Of a stretch of 64,000 nt of DNA, positions 20,501-29,300 are shown piece by piece. The stretch spans positions 1-64,000 of the IMG/VR virus record IMGVR_UViG_3300031519_000015, one strand, 5' to 3'. Within the stretch, counting starts at the first letter, position 1, and each line of letters opens with the position of its first letter. The stretch is from a virus (lineage: Duplodnaviria > Caudoviricetes). The notes under the pieces are model-generated. The model was given only the letters and a program-made list of their open reading frames with translations. It was not told the DNA's origin and did not search any database. The translations under genes and the position numbers were made by a program.

Positions 20501-23500
20501 TAACAGAAAATTTTGATCCGTTAAATATTAATGATCCCGGCGTTAACGCTGACGTTGCTTGGATTGCTAATCCAAGAGGAAGACCATCTAACCAAGAAAT
20601 AGTAGAGCTAAAGAAATGGCTTAATGATAATCCAAATTCAAAACTTGTAATTACTTTTGGTGATGATTCTCACACTGGTCTCAAATTTGAAGAGAGGCCG
20701 GGTTTAGTACAATTAATTAGAAATGCAGAATATTTATGCGAAGAGCTTGGTCTTTCTATGAAGCCATATTTCATATCACAAAAATCTAAGTATGCCACAC
20801 TCGACGATACTAGTAATAATGTGTCGATAAATAGGGCTGGCTATCTAAGCATTTATCTTAGAGGAAGCGGAAACTCTGATCTTGTGTTTGGGGAAAGAGG
20901 AAGTGCCTCACAGATTGAAAATGATGATAACTACTACAATGCGATTACCGTATCACCAGCAGAAAGGTCTAAGTTTGAATTTATAGCCATTGAACCTAAC
21001 AATGCCAATACAACACTTTATATAGATGCTAATATCATGGGAACTAGATCGTTCCCCGTTGGCACTAGTATAATTAGAAGTGGACAGATAAAGGCTACGT
21101 TTAACGTAGAGCCAAATAAATACTATAGAATGTTTTTTGAAGAAGTGAGTAATTTTCCTTCTGAAAGAGGGTCGCTAAAATACACCATAACTAATTGTGA
21201 CGTTAGTAGTCTGTTTAAGCAAACCAATGGAAAACCGGGACAGAACGCTAGGGGTAATCCACAAGGTGATATCTTAGATTATCAAGCGCAGTGGCCCATG
21301 TACGAACTGAACGATAATCAGCCAAAACCATACTATGAAAAACAAGAAGATGTTAAGATAGGTTATCAAGTTGACGGAGTTCGTGGTGGGGTTGTGCTGC
21401 CACCAAAAAACCAAAGTTCCGTTGATGACAAGAGATATTGGCTTGAAGGTATAGGAGGTATGGTTATTGGACAATCAAGGATTGTTAGAAGGTCTGTGAT
21501 TCTTACAATACCTGAAGGTGTTACAGAAATAGACCTTTTTGTTTCTGCCGATAATTTTATTCCAGAAAGGGAGAATCCAATCGACTTCGATAGTTGGAGG
21601 TTAGTTGGCGTATCTGGTATTGAAATTGAACCACCGTTTGATGTGTTTGGAGGATTTTTTCGACCTGTTTATTCTACAAGAGAAGTTATTACACCAGCAA
21701 TACCTCCTTCTACAAGAGAATACACAGTAGACAGAGAGATAAGTAATCCAAGTCATAAGTATTGCCCAAGTGATGATTGTATAGAATCTTTCACACCACC
21801 AGACGGTGGAGATGATATAGCTGATGGACCCGTTGTTGCTGCTCAAGAACAATACTTTCAAGCTCCTTTTGAATATGGAGCTGAAAGATCCTGCATTACA
21901 GTTATAACAGATGCTAGCATGATACAAGGTTTAACCGCCACGGTTGAAAATGATAGTCAAACTATTTCCCCCAAAGTAATTAACTTCATACGACAATTTT
22001 ATAGATATCCACCAGATATGGACTTTGACTTTACTGGGGAGGAAGCAGGATTAAGATATACATCTATTACAAAAGTTGTTTCACCAGAAAAGAGCAGTCC
22101 TGCTAGATTATTAGCCTCTGAAGAAAATGAAGGTTTTAATAGTCTGTTTGGTGGATACAATCAAGGCAGAAAATCTGCAATTAGTTTTGGTAATGATGAG
22201 GTTCTAAGAAGAATAACTGAATTTCAGTGGATTATGCCTTCCGAACCATTAGAACACAAAGGAAGCGCCTTCGTTGAGAAGCGAGTTCCACCGCCCACAG
22301 ACACCAGCGATGAAGCGCGAGAAGCAGCTAGAGACGCACAGCGTATTACATTCTCAGGAATTATGGCAAGTTACGGCTGCTATTCTAAGTTTAATGTAGA
22401 AGTAAATGGAGAAAGATATTACGACACAGGGATGGGTCAATTACCACCTAATTTCATGCAAACTTTTGGTCATGACTTCTTAGACTTTGATCAAGTCAGT
22501 CACTTAATATCTGGATACCCCGGAGACCTATTCGGATATAATGTAAAAATTGATGAAGACGATGTAATCTATGCTGGTTCTCCTTTTGCTGCATTTAGTG
22601 GGGAAACAATTACACCTTGGAGTGAAGTTGTAGAAAATACTCCTAATGGACCACTCTACAATGCACAGCTTGGCTATTATGGTGGAGCTGGCGCTGTATA
22701 TAAAATAGAAAAAACAATGGACGGAGTTGGGCCAAATGATACAATTACTCCTTGGACATCAACAGGTAAGGTTCAGCCCAATTCTTTAAGCGTTGGGAAC
22801 AATTCGACGAGAAGAAGTGACAGGTTTGGATCTGAAATTGTAATTGATGCAGACTTTATGGCTATATCTGCTCCAGATCATAGTGACGATTCTTTAATTA
22901 TTAGAAATTTTGGAGATTTTGTAAGGAAGGAATTTAATGATCAATTCTCTGTCGGAACTTTAGAGACCCATGACACTGGAGACTTATCTCTTAGTCAAGA
23001 AATTAGAAATAGTGGACAAGTAATAGAAAACGCTGGAGCAGTTTACACTTACGAAAGAAAGATAAAAGATTGGGGAACAAAACAACAAGATTGGGTTTTC
23101 TTGCAAAAAGTCATAGCACAAGGTTATAACTCTAGATATTCTCAGAATCATGAAACTGAAGCATTTGCACGTAGCATCGCAGTGTCAAGAACTAGAAGGT
23201 CAGATTCAGATTATGATCTAATCGTAGGCGCTCCTTTGCATCAATATGGCTCAGGTGTCGCGTCTCAACTTGCACCTTCTGGTGGAGCTTTGTATTCTTA
23301 TGACGCGATGATGAGAAGACCTAAACCCTCATTTGCTCACCCAGATACTAATGTTGAGGGCAGGATATATGGATTATTAGGAGACTCTATAGGACAAAAC
23401 GAAAAATATGTTAATTTTGATTTTAGAAACAATAATGAGTTCGATAAAGTAACTTACGAAAAAGCTGTAGTTTACGCTAGTACTGATGGTGAAATATTTA

Positions 23501-23865
23501 TAGAAGCTTCAGGCCAAGACAGAAATGATAAAGGTTATGCAATACACAGGCCATTTATAAAAGAAATACGAGGAGCTTACAAGCATGGCGTGTTTAAACA
23601 ACAATATTCGCCGCTATTTGTAAGAGGGAAACCCCCTACCCACACTGGCCTTCTACCTCTATTTGCTCCTGCGCCGGGAGGAAATGTGTATAATAATATG
23701 TCCATGTTCAACTATGGCGTTCAAGGGATAGCATCTGGTGACATGAGTTTATTTACTCAAAGCGTAGCACCAAGCTCCGTGAGCGACCAAGGATTTAATT
23801 TGTATACTTTATGTAGTGGCGTATCTTCTAGTGGATTAGATTTATACGTCAGGGGTAAGTTTTAA
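11527..23865 (+). CDS. Giant adhesin-like tail/baseplate protein (4112 aa): LamG domain, FG-GAP repeats, GldG/IFT52-like segments
   Basis: LamG/concanavalin-like segment at about 14530-14995 (GFSVFVRFSPD..LVSKWD..FTLGYKDGKL..LAAVLTYN..LRLYTDN..DLVVG). Seven FG-GAP-like repeats (e.g. DEFAYSVDIAGDLMAVGVP, DRFGSEIVIDADFMAISAP). Directly downstream of the TMP. Confidence 0.75.
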   Translation: MECSVSTQRSSPKAISKIRAGAPIANITTSDSFYATQEALASNATVFRKVDGKFKSSSSVRGTISVIVNIGIDTDIDIISSVIAGAFGSTDTTLIEQILNQFISDGKADGTITDDMSDSEITKLFLDYLESSGFSNSTDSTKERLSGSGSIRFIDVEDVEVSLTSPTINKIYIKARTPRVDPYFNASDEDGTSYGGALSRKEKNGKIVAKAKGGVISCRSRVAGKSKFTNTYVDKIGGHVKQINRLRDFSATQKFYPIKDINIEKNNVSFVNKALDPSGLYRSVDEGLFTGNYTKSFKVSSRISDEFGSFIQPSSVYSEGNFNYECELTPPRIKPIENFLFIRAAAPMSVLESDIPPEYRIHNIRWTDPSGNIISTYKDIKVRGDSKFSTEDENYNFATYVTEPIINNAKRPNWDTYEKLPILTEASGYKLNMDFEVTCFHKPFSPEFNKGYEEGCSLDFVITGDNDYIGLDGSPLSTQTQGFDFTPNNSIRISNIEIAASGSKGPFVENYIPLYNLPPTESLRTTRKIYPTEILLQDYTTRVHPEVQTLWRSSPDRGVYSFNNTVNDKAGMKKALIDFQSERYIELISTSPISDSGKLKVKFEHQPPVSVKQPTNGEWGLGGKNKYSRLNSAKVELVSGPDEFFQVDSIELHVRAKKAVGSRDYVLDVVGFTDDGLLNVSSAVGGFLQNKDSGTGSIPITSGFKQSNYLTSSAESVSSREGFFEKTTTANAGGDHYLLSTAPVVNSTELQDYVIPLKIYRSTDKFGLQEDYSGSNNFESLILDIFPLPTGAVIARVDLEVKYIPSNAITMHTLGHGSQEVSRRYASLQLNKMGSNDDRLNSIWTEKPLSLIENIPHAYTAPATLKTNYARRWRGVDGGIKSGPFQADQFDLAFENPPLYYPFTKGHYLFNDIHINPAFDPDNNINTIYSDQNPEISNTATYVGNLTGNLVKNIGMRFQTDKLFATQDRDYRTIDWTTAGHELYGQITDGFDNAIRVNQASNNINFGDINTNNGFSVFVRFSPDISVSGADYNLFNSGVLVSKWDSGKDLEFTLGYKDGKLTGHARDNTGNVVTVQDPLSYTNYSYPLAAVLTYNDQLSGKLRLYTDNEIASGNFNALRASSSAFTIHSSDSDLVVGNSYGSGVGMSAFITEFGIAESNPSGTLIVPSKANITRQESNIDRFFDSFRSKFWNVGETYKDERFKIWDFINEEASQWHIGGFKFCEFGASFDTMTNRIGQDLIIHDHQTSGETYGTICDTPLPNNVLASGLSYHTQIENDFLRIHLDDVRSKFIAAAPRLVKTFPRSYDPATEAIAVDTIVEHDTTGDIQWPDGNVGPKIIVSLYTKRKETDLFDTTNWGLINRDYHYVGPEDCWQKLTSKFTVGNITDKTTEPWSNFNRDQLIKETDHYLYSNDINDMFLQYDLAYPSGDFRSQVRMHSAEVRLEDALHLKDVLYIDDFTLYASGEPKAFENMNLFCQEPIYYNTPEMNIFASGGLMPHISGGMNFYSSGIGLLSVGPMSLFTTTPVGIVSSLHEQPGMILHTNGIEDFFSNNGGNFGSLGLEYQDNKTNDVMFGAVGDLGRSSTIMAMYAQNDDLFNGPHSLAQAPLFVRAMDENGKDHNNINLQFNLYTEGSSAYFYRDEIKGITKKGLYQQLNFIVKTDDIEQTSSGNMNFYVNSFDPTIFHANGSMPLHTVNVNPINDSQNYLTSFYWNGSNVGSAIDIRDNYRLEYDANDEIRGVVTMCYGDCDNNGNCIEQQLYTHDTLWLDTQCIPGGVIRPINVYNNSETIGYNTIETGYRNNYYGVRKFTNLIPGQPYDITISAQSAEEGILEVPREINEMAYGSTDEVDYSGIKLVAPNGKRNIFDEFAYSVDIAGDLMAVGVPHFDLEDNGEPIPNAGSVFVYRRNPAPSGYDWSTQDDRAGWSFESQLAMPSGFRLDRYKTQVVDISEGKKVIGQANQRQWINGQKGRELGHSVAVSSHNGREVIIAGGPGGVWQRNFAGLDPDPVRVILFVFTDEFIPTIPWPRSASRPTSIDYREILKYITERDTYFRYYCDPAVKFDVQIVICEGILGTSSEASPNFEDDTVTPPDFIHKRQIHRMGVFNNVEDFRQQQDLIVSELKTIYQDLFPRNDSIVNNGMPPILGFYVDDSLSYGTRALGSSLPDRIEGGVLESFQNWLSDYTYENGLTDYTGAAARPFFYKKVARDEGWVSQAASILNSALDRDNLFDGGAVRLFANNLGTFTEGLSEFNINAPSGGAAYIFENLDYGWELTQEILSPTTNNNQYIDRYAHDVAISKHGNAIVIGSPFIDEAVQIYEHNPDSSFYFSLISWLRNYGPQDTSYGEIYQAARSLNNNLKGSITSSQQLSVAKDIFYNSLSPSGRFEFRLYRNEHDGADYRIRKTYKYSDLGAGHSWDWLAKDHMPSSRMGYSVDVNSDGTTVVVGCPTDSLGARDASIFWYKPGVGWSTDTAQWFSNVNAGSIRILEGRKYYPHDTVMQYGVFGNLNRTLAGADQDTPLYNHYHNAFTSRNIKYIESEFTDPEIPENVGTLMIITPEVDSLSEEVVKNIKDWLALGDRNLVLVGDDPFYETDEKGNQGAYARSNDILNRLLSNLDSRMRIEKAATRYESMVDQDTGLYLNVQPSYVPQVGKEAPRPMRSFITGTNIRGSGVGDIRFYDEGISDSYQCQKAPEYSILQGLDQLPFQEKKGYESVNYKCELPIKHKGDLRASWWDECEKETPRGIILVPYQINLAFQYGSHQIQDWGCDVEAKSRTDRLTEGMEPVPILAAAERLNKVQFNEGSPEEIYEERYVSGQEFVPRNTKQFTSNVNSTTPHFYWTAESGNFSSINYNYYNVQRSRSKFLEVGNPILEENNKTAIAMAKSEILESSNEVIEPITDSFPVAAREAYGPSEVHLISMLKTESVSILNWSDDANGKFYMNLTDKATAGQLGGGARIIQLGGFTGNDSFRQAYPRVESGEGSSLRQFFENLGNFVTENFDPLNINDPGVNADVAWIANPRGRPSNQEIVELKKWLNDNPNSKLVITFGDDSHTGLKFEERPGLVQLIRNAEYLCEELGLSMKPYFISQKSKYATLDDTSNNVSINRAGYLSIYLRGSGNSDLVFGERGSASQIENDDNYYNAITVSPAERSKFEFIAIEPNNANTTLYIDANIMGTRSFPVGTSIIRSGQIKATFNVEPNKYYRMFFEEVSNFPSERGSLKYTITNCDVSSLFKQTNGKPGQNARGNPQGDILDYQAQWPMYELNDNQPKPYYEKQEDVKIGYQVDGVRGGVVLPPKNQSSVDDKRYWLEGIGGMVIGQSRIVRRSVILTIPEGVTEIDLFVSADNFIPERENPIDFDSWRLVGVSGIEIEPPFDVFGGFFRPVYSTREVITPAIPPSTREYTVDREISNPSHKYCPSDDCIESFTPPDGGDDIADGPVVAAQEQYFQAPFEYGAERSCITVITDASMIQGLTATVENDSQTISPKVINFIRQFYRYPPDMDFDFTGEEAGLRYTSITKVVSPEKSSPARLLASEENEGFNSLFGGYNQGRKSAISFGNDEVLRRITEFQWIMPSEPLEHKGSAFVEKRVPPPTDTSDEAREAARDAQRITFSGIMASYGCYSKFNVEVNGERYYDTGMGQLPPNFMQTFGHDFLDFDQVSHLISGYPGDLFGYNVKIDEDDVIYAGSPFAAFSGETITPWSEVVENTPNGPLYNAQLGYYGGAGAVYKIEKTMDGVGPNDTITPWTSTGKVQPNSLSVGNNSTRRSDRFGSEIVIDADFMAISAPDHSDDSLIIRNFGDFVRKEFNDQFSVGTLETHDTGDLSLSQEIRNSGQVIENAGAVYTYERKIKDWGTKQQDWVFLQKVIAQGYNSRYSQNHETEAFARSIAVSRTRRSDSDYDLIVGAPLHQYGSGVASQLAPSGGALYSYDAMMRRPKPSFAHPDTNVEGRIYGLLGDSIGQNEKYVNFDFRNNNEFDKVTYEKAVVYASTDGEIFIEASGQDRNDKGYAIHRPFIKEIRGAYKHGVFKQQYSPLFVRGKPPTHTGLLPLFAPAPGGNVYNNMSMFNYGVQGIASGDMSLFTQSVAPSSVSDQGFNLYTLCSGVSSSGLDLYVRGKF

Positions 23866-23880
23866 AAAGGAAAACGAATA

Positions 23881-25536
23881 ATGGCAAGTACTTTACAATT
23901 TAATAACAACGGTGGTATAATCCAACCAGTTCCACTGTTTAGTCTTACAGCGACACCCTTGCAAAATAAAATAGGCAAGTTTGGTTCTACTTTCCAACTT
24001 TCCATTTCTGGAGCCATTGTCTTTAATCACAGTACTAATTCCAGATCCACTAAAGTTTTAGGCGTTACTGGAGGCGATGCAGTTAAGGGTAATGGCCTAG
24101 AACATATTGCTCATACTCAAAGCATGATTTTAAAATTGCTTGACCAGTTTAAGAATGAAAACGAAGGCTTGTGTGTTAGCATTCTTGACGCTAGTTCTAA
24201 TAGTGACGTACTAACATTTAAACGTTGTAAAGTAGAGAGTGTTAATTTTGAAGAGGGTATACATGTAAATATATGTAGATATACTATCAATTTAAGTTCA
24301 GACGCTTTATTTACCGGAAATGCGGGAACCAATCTTCATCCACAATCCATGATGGACTTACATGAGTATAATGTTGATTATGCCAACGACTCATCGCTGA
24401 TATATATGTTAGAAGATTTTACAGAAAGTTGGGAGATATCTCCTGACGACTCTTATGGAACTTCTAGCCCCAACGGGTTAGTACAAACCCCAAGAAGCTA
24501 CACCATATCAAGAACTGTTACCGCTGTTGGAAAATCCCCAAGAACTAGAACTACAGGCGAGGCCACAAACCCCGCTTGGGTTAATGCAATTAATTTTCTT
24601 ACTAAGTATATTTACACGGATGATGGCAAGGGAGATCCATATAATGGCATAAGTAGTATTTTATCCCATTCGTTACTTGGGCTTCATGAAGGACATGGAT
24701 CTTATCAAGCATATAATCATGGTAGAACTGAACAAATAGATAAAGCTACTGGCACTGTTACCGCCACTGATAACTGGGTTTTAGCCAACGCAGATGATTT
24801 CGCTTTAGAAACTTTTGAGGGTAGTGTTAGTTCTGATCTTTCTAATCCTTTTGTTAAAGTTTCAATTAGTGGAACACTCAAAGGGTTAGGAGTGTGGAAT
24901 GCTGACGCTGACTACGTGGACGGCACGGGATTACACGCCGCCAGCCCTGTGTATAAAGCTAATCAGAAATGGAACGTCATATCAAATAATGGAAATTTCG
25001 GAGTTGCTTGCGCGCTATATAAAAGAGCTAACGCATTATCTGCTGTTAGCCTTAATAGCCAACCCTTATCCATAACTGTTGGAAGAAATGAAATTAGTGG
25101 TGAAATAAATTATTCTTTAGAGTTTGACAATAGACCTACTAATTACTTTAGTAATGTTTTATCTGAAAATGTACAAATTAATGATACGTACCCCGGAGAC
25201 CAATTCGCGGTGATTCCAGTTATTGGTAGGGCAATTGGTCCAATACTACAATTTACTTTTGGAAGAACAGAATACAAGAGAAGCATTTCTATAGATATAC
25301 AATTAGATTATTCAGATGTAGATTATACAAGAGCTGGAAGGAATAAATTTATCTTATCTAGACCTAGCACTTCGCCGGGGATTCAAGATGAATTAAAAAG
25401 TTTAATCGCTTCTATTTCTCCTGCTACTGAGCCGGGAGTTAGAAAATATTTTGTTAGCCCACCACAAGAATCATGGTCTCCTAAAGATGGTAAATATTCC
25501 ATATCATTAGAGTGGACCTATGAGATGAATGAATAA
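23881..25536 (+). CDS. Hypothetical virion protein, possible distal-tail/baseplate hub-like (551 aa)
   Basis: RBS AAGGA, beta-rich sequence with repeated 'ESWEISP..YTISRTVTAVG'-type segments, position in tail module. The fold is not confirmed. Confidence 0.5.
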   Translation: MASTLQFNNNGGIIQPVPLFSLTATPLQNKIGKFGSTFQLSISGAIVFNHSTNSRSTKVLGVTGGDAVKGNGLEHIAHTQSMILKLLDQFKNENEGLCVSILDASSNSDVLTFKRCKVESVNFEEGIHVNICRYTINLSSDALFTGNAGTNLHPQSMMDLHEYNVDYANDSSLIYMLEDFTESWEISPDDSYGTSSPNGLVQTPRSYTISRTVTAVGKSPRTRTTGEATNPAWVNAINFLTKYIYTDDGKGDPYNGISSILSHSLLGLHEGHGSYQAYNHGRTEQIDKATGTVTATDNWVLANADDFALETFEGSVSSDLSNPFVKVSISGTLKGLGVWNADADYVDGTGLHAASPVYKANQKWNVISNNGNFGVACALYKRANALSAVSLNSQPLSITVGRNEISGEINYSLEFDNRPTNYFSNVLSENVQINDTYPGDQFAVIPVIGRAIGPILQFTFGRTEYKRSISIDIQLDYSDVDYTRAGRNKFILSRPSTSPGIQDELKSLIASISPATEPGVRKYFVSPPQESWSPKDGKYSISLEWTYEMNE

Positions 25537-25547
25537 GGAGTTTTATA

Positions 25548-26318
25548 ATGGAAAGAGATACAACATATAATGATTATTTAGGCCCTCAATCTTTAGGGGT
25601 CACTACTTTTCCAGCAGGTAAACACAAAACTTTTTTGGGAACTAGCTCGCCAGATGAGCCAACTGAACTGTGGTTTTTACTTCCTCTTACAGATGCTAAT
25701 TTTGAAGACCGAACGCAAACAAATTTTTCAAATGTGTTGATAGGAAAACATAATAAAGCTGGAGGTATGGTCGGACAAAACGGAAGATATGGTTTTATAC
25801 ACAACCCACCAATTCACGAAAATTTTTTAAGAGCCAATGAGGTACGAGTCCAATCTCATGGAGAAAACCCATTGAGACCTTATAGGATTGGACCTTTAAT
25901 GCCAACGCGAGGACTAAAGGGTAGATATCAATACAAAGACGCATACTACGTACAGATTGATCACGTAAAAGACCCGCAGGGTACACACGTTCAAAAACAA
26001 GCAAGCACTATATCTTCTTCAGCATATGCTTGGAATTCAGAAATAAAATTCAATCAATATGTAAGTATCTATCCTCCTGCCGAGGAGAGTGGGGAGGAAA
26101 ATAATGCAAGCCTTGACTTGGGAAGCTCAAGTGTCAATTTTACAGATATAACATATTCTAGTAGCTCTACGGTTTTAGCTTTTAGTCCTTACTCTGACGA
26201 TTTTGGAGGCTCAAACTATTCCTCAACACCAAATCAAAATCAGTCGCAGTCTCTCGATCCCTCACTAATGAGTAATGAACAAGATTCAGTAAATTCAAAT
26301 CCAATAACGAGTTATTAA
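25548..26318 (+). CDS. Hypothetical virion-module protein (256 aa)
   Basis: RBS AAGGAG, Ser/Asn-rich low-complexity C-terminus. Confidence 0.6.
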   Translation: MERDTTYNDYLGPQSLGVTTFPAGKHKTFLGTSSPDEPTELWFLLPLTDANFEDRTQTNFSNVLIGKHNKAGGMVGQNGRYGFIHNPPIHENFLRANEVRVQSHGENPLRPYRIGPLMPTRGLKGRYQYKDAYYVQIDHVKDPQGTHVQKQASTISSSAYAWNSEIKFNQYVSIYPPAEESGEENNASLDLGSSSVNFTDITYSSSSTVLAFSPYSDDFGGSNYSSTPNQNQSQSLDPSLMSNEQDSVNSNPITSY

Positions 26319-29300
26319 ATGTCATCATTATCCCAAGCTACAAATAATTTTCAAGAGTTCGCTGCCTATCCCACAATGAATATAGAGCAGCAGACGTTCT
26401 TAGGAGCTTCTGTTAGAAGTTTTTCTGCTAACGGTGGCTTTGGCGACACTTCTTCTACTTTATCAGTAGACTTAATAGTTGATGAGTACAACAGTGGTGA
26501 TGGTCCAGCCCTTGGAATGGGTAAAGGACAAGACGTTTACCATAATGGTAAGTACGATGAGTTCAAACCGCCTCCTGCTGGAAGTCCAGTGTTTTTTACA
26601 ATGGGGTCAACAAGGCAGACAGTGCAGGACGTATTTAAAAGAGCTTACGATCAATACTATTCCAACCCCCTGTTAACACCTACGGTCCAGCCAACCAGCC
26701 CCTTTTATAATCATTTTAGTTTTGGTGGCATATTGCAAACTTATGTGCAAACTAGAGGTCCGGGTGGAAATCCATTTTTTTCCGCACAAATTGTAGACCC
26801 AAGAGAAATACTATCAAATGTACAAGTCATATTAAATAATTATGGTGGATCTACTTTTAGGAAAGACAACATATTAAATGTATACGGTTTTTTAGAATGC
26901 AATACATCAAAGACTAAAGCTCAAAGAAAAAATCCTAAAGCAATTTCAATTCTGAATCAAGATTTTACAGAAATAAAGTTCGATAAAAACCACACAAATT
27001 ATAAAGGGGTTGACGCACTCGGATTTCTCTACCAGATACAAAATCTTGGCTCAAAAGCTTCTTTTGATAATATTTTAAAGTTTAGATTTAATAAAATTAA
27101 CTCAATGACCCAAACACATCTTGGCACTGAAGGAAGACCAATTGAAGTATTTACAGGAACTGGATTTTCAAGAAGATCGGAAAGAGGTATACCTTACTAT
27201 AGAGTTGTTCATGCAATCAACTCGCTATTTGGTCATTATGGAGAATTAGAACCAGAACATGACAGAGCAGGATTTTTTAACTCTGTTAATTTTAGAGGTG
27301 TTAAGTATGCTATTGATTTATCAGATTTACCCGTTTTAGCCCCATTCCACTATCTTGAGTATGATCAAATAAACCTACTTGATTTAATTATGGAAATATG
27401 TGACACGTTGAATCACGATGTTTTTGTAACATTACTTCCTATCGTAAATCATAAGGGTTGTAGGAAACAATTTGATTTGAAAGATGACCCTAACCATAAA
27501 TATGAAGCAGTTATAAAAGTAATAGCAATTGATAGATCTACTCCATTTAATTTATCTGCTATCAAAACTTATATAGACAATCTTAATGTAGACGAAATGA
27601 AAAGCAATGATGTTGGATATGAGCTTGCTAATAATGTTACGGATAAAATTGTCGTTGGTGCAAACGAAGTAGAAAATTTTTACTTTAGGAGCGACCTTGA
27701 TAAAGTTTATAAAGATGATTCGGCAGCTGCTTGGCATCCTGATGTTAATTTAAGTTGGAGCGTATTGCCATACTATGGAACCTTAGCTAACAAGGGGGTG
27801 ACAATACCAGTAGGAAGAGGGGCTTATCAGCAAATACTCTTAGATACAACATCCTTGTTCGCCTACGGTGTTGGAAATTTTTATGTAGCTACAGAACTAG
27901 AATTGCGAGCTGCACTGATGTCTTTTGAGTCATGGAGAGATTTTCTCTTAATGTATGACAATATCTACATGGAACCAGTTTCTGGAGGTGACATTAAAGG
28001 CTTTGCAGAGGGTGATGGAGAATATAAAGTTACTGTTCCCCGATGCGCTATACCTCCAATAAAAGCTGAAGAAGATTTTGACGGAAATGGTGATCCTCAG
28101 AATTCTTGTCACCCACCGTATGGTTATCCTCTTTATTGGAAAAGAGCTGGAGCAATAGGTATGCCACAGGCCGGATTAATATCTTCTGCTTCTTTTAATA
28201 AAAGGATTGTAGAAATTACATCAGAATTAAAGAACGCTAGTAGGGATGGTAAAGGCTCTACCAACTTACATGATGCCGCCATTCAGCAATTAGGAGAGAT
28301 AGACAGGAGCAGATTAACAACAGCTGAAAAAGCATTTTACGATGAACTTCACGTCGCTATTAAGAATGGTCAATACACGGCATTTATAGATGAAAGTCGT
28401 TTGCAGGCGATGTCTATAGTTTCTGCTTCTAAGCAGCAAACTAAAGCAAACATGGAAAACGTAATGCGTGTTTATAATTTTGTTAGGTCTGTTGCTAGTG
28501 AATGTTTAGGTAAAAAGTTTTTAGTTGCATTGCCACAAAAATGTAATGACAACTGGCATCCATCAAAAACGCCCTTTGGATTCCCCACTAGGCAATTAAG
28601 TGAAAATCCTAATTCTCTAACGGTTTTTGGAGTAGAAGAAGAAATTCCAGAAGGCGTTGAAGTAGGAGTGGGCGAGGATGGAAAGATACATTATGGTGCT
28701 TTAAAAGTAAACAAAAATGTTATAGCAAATAAATATGAATTTAATTATACTCCAGAACCTTTAGGTGGATATCCCTCGGATGTATTATGGGATGGATTAG
28801 AAGATGCTGGACTGTTTCCTGAAGATGCCACAGCAATATTTGGCGAAAATGGAAGGGTGAAACCATACGTTATATTTGACCACTCAGAAGAATTAGATTT
28901 TTCTAAAGTAAATAAAGAAGATTATATACAGCAACGAAACGGACTAGACCCAGATGAAAAATTAATAAAAAAGGTTGATTATGCACACACATTTGAAAAT
29001 TCTAGCTCTGCGTCTTCAGACATTAACGGTACTAGTATTTTAAATGCTCCTTCGTCTGACGGGCTTTCTAAGGGTACTAACAAAGAACCCACAAGAGCTT
29101 TTATGACTTGTAGCATAGATGCTAAATTATATATGCCTCCCAAATTTATAAAAGGAAACAAACCATATTATGGACAAAAGAAATCAACATCAATAAAAAG
29201 AAAACCAATGACTTTTGTTGATACTGATGCAGACCCACCAAAAGAAACATCTGTTAAGCCCGCAGATGAGATTCATTATTCTCCAAATTCATCAACTGCT

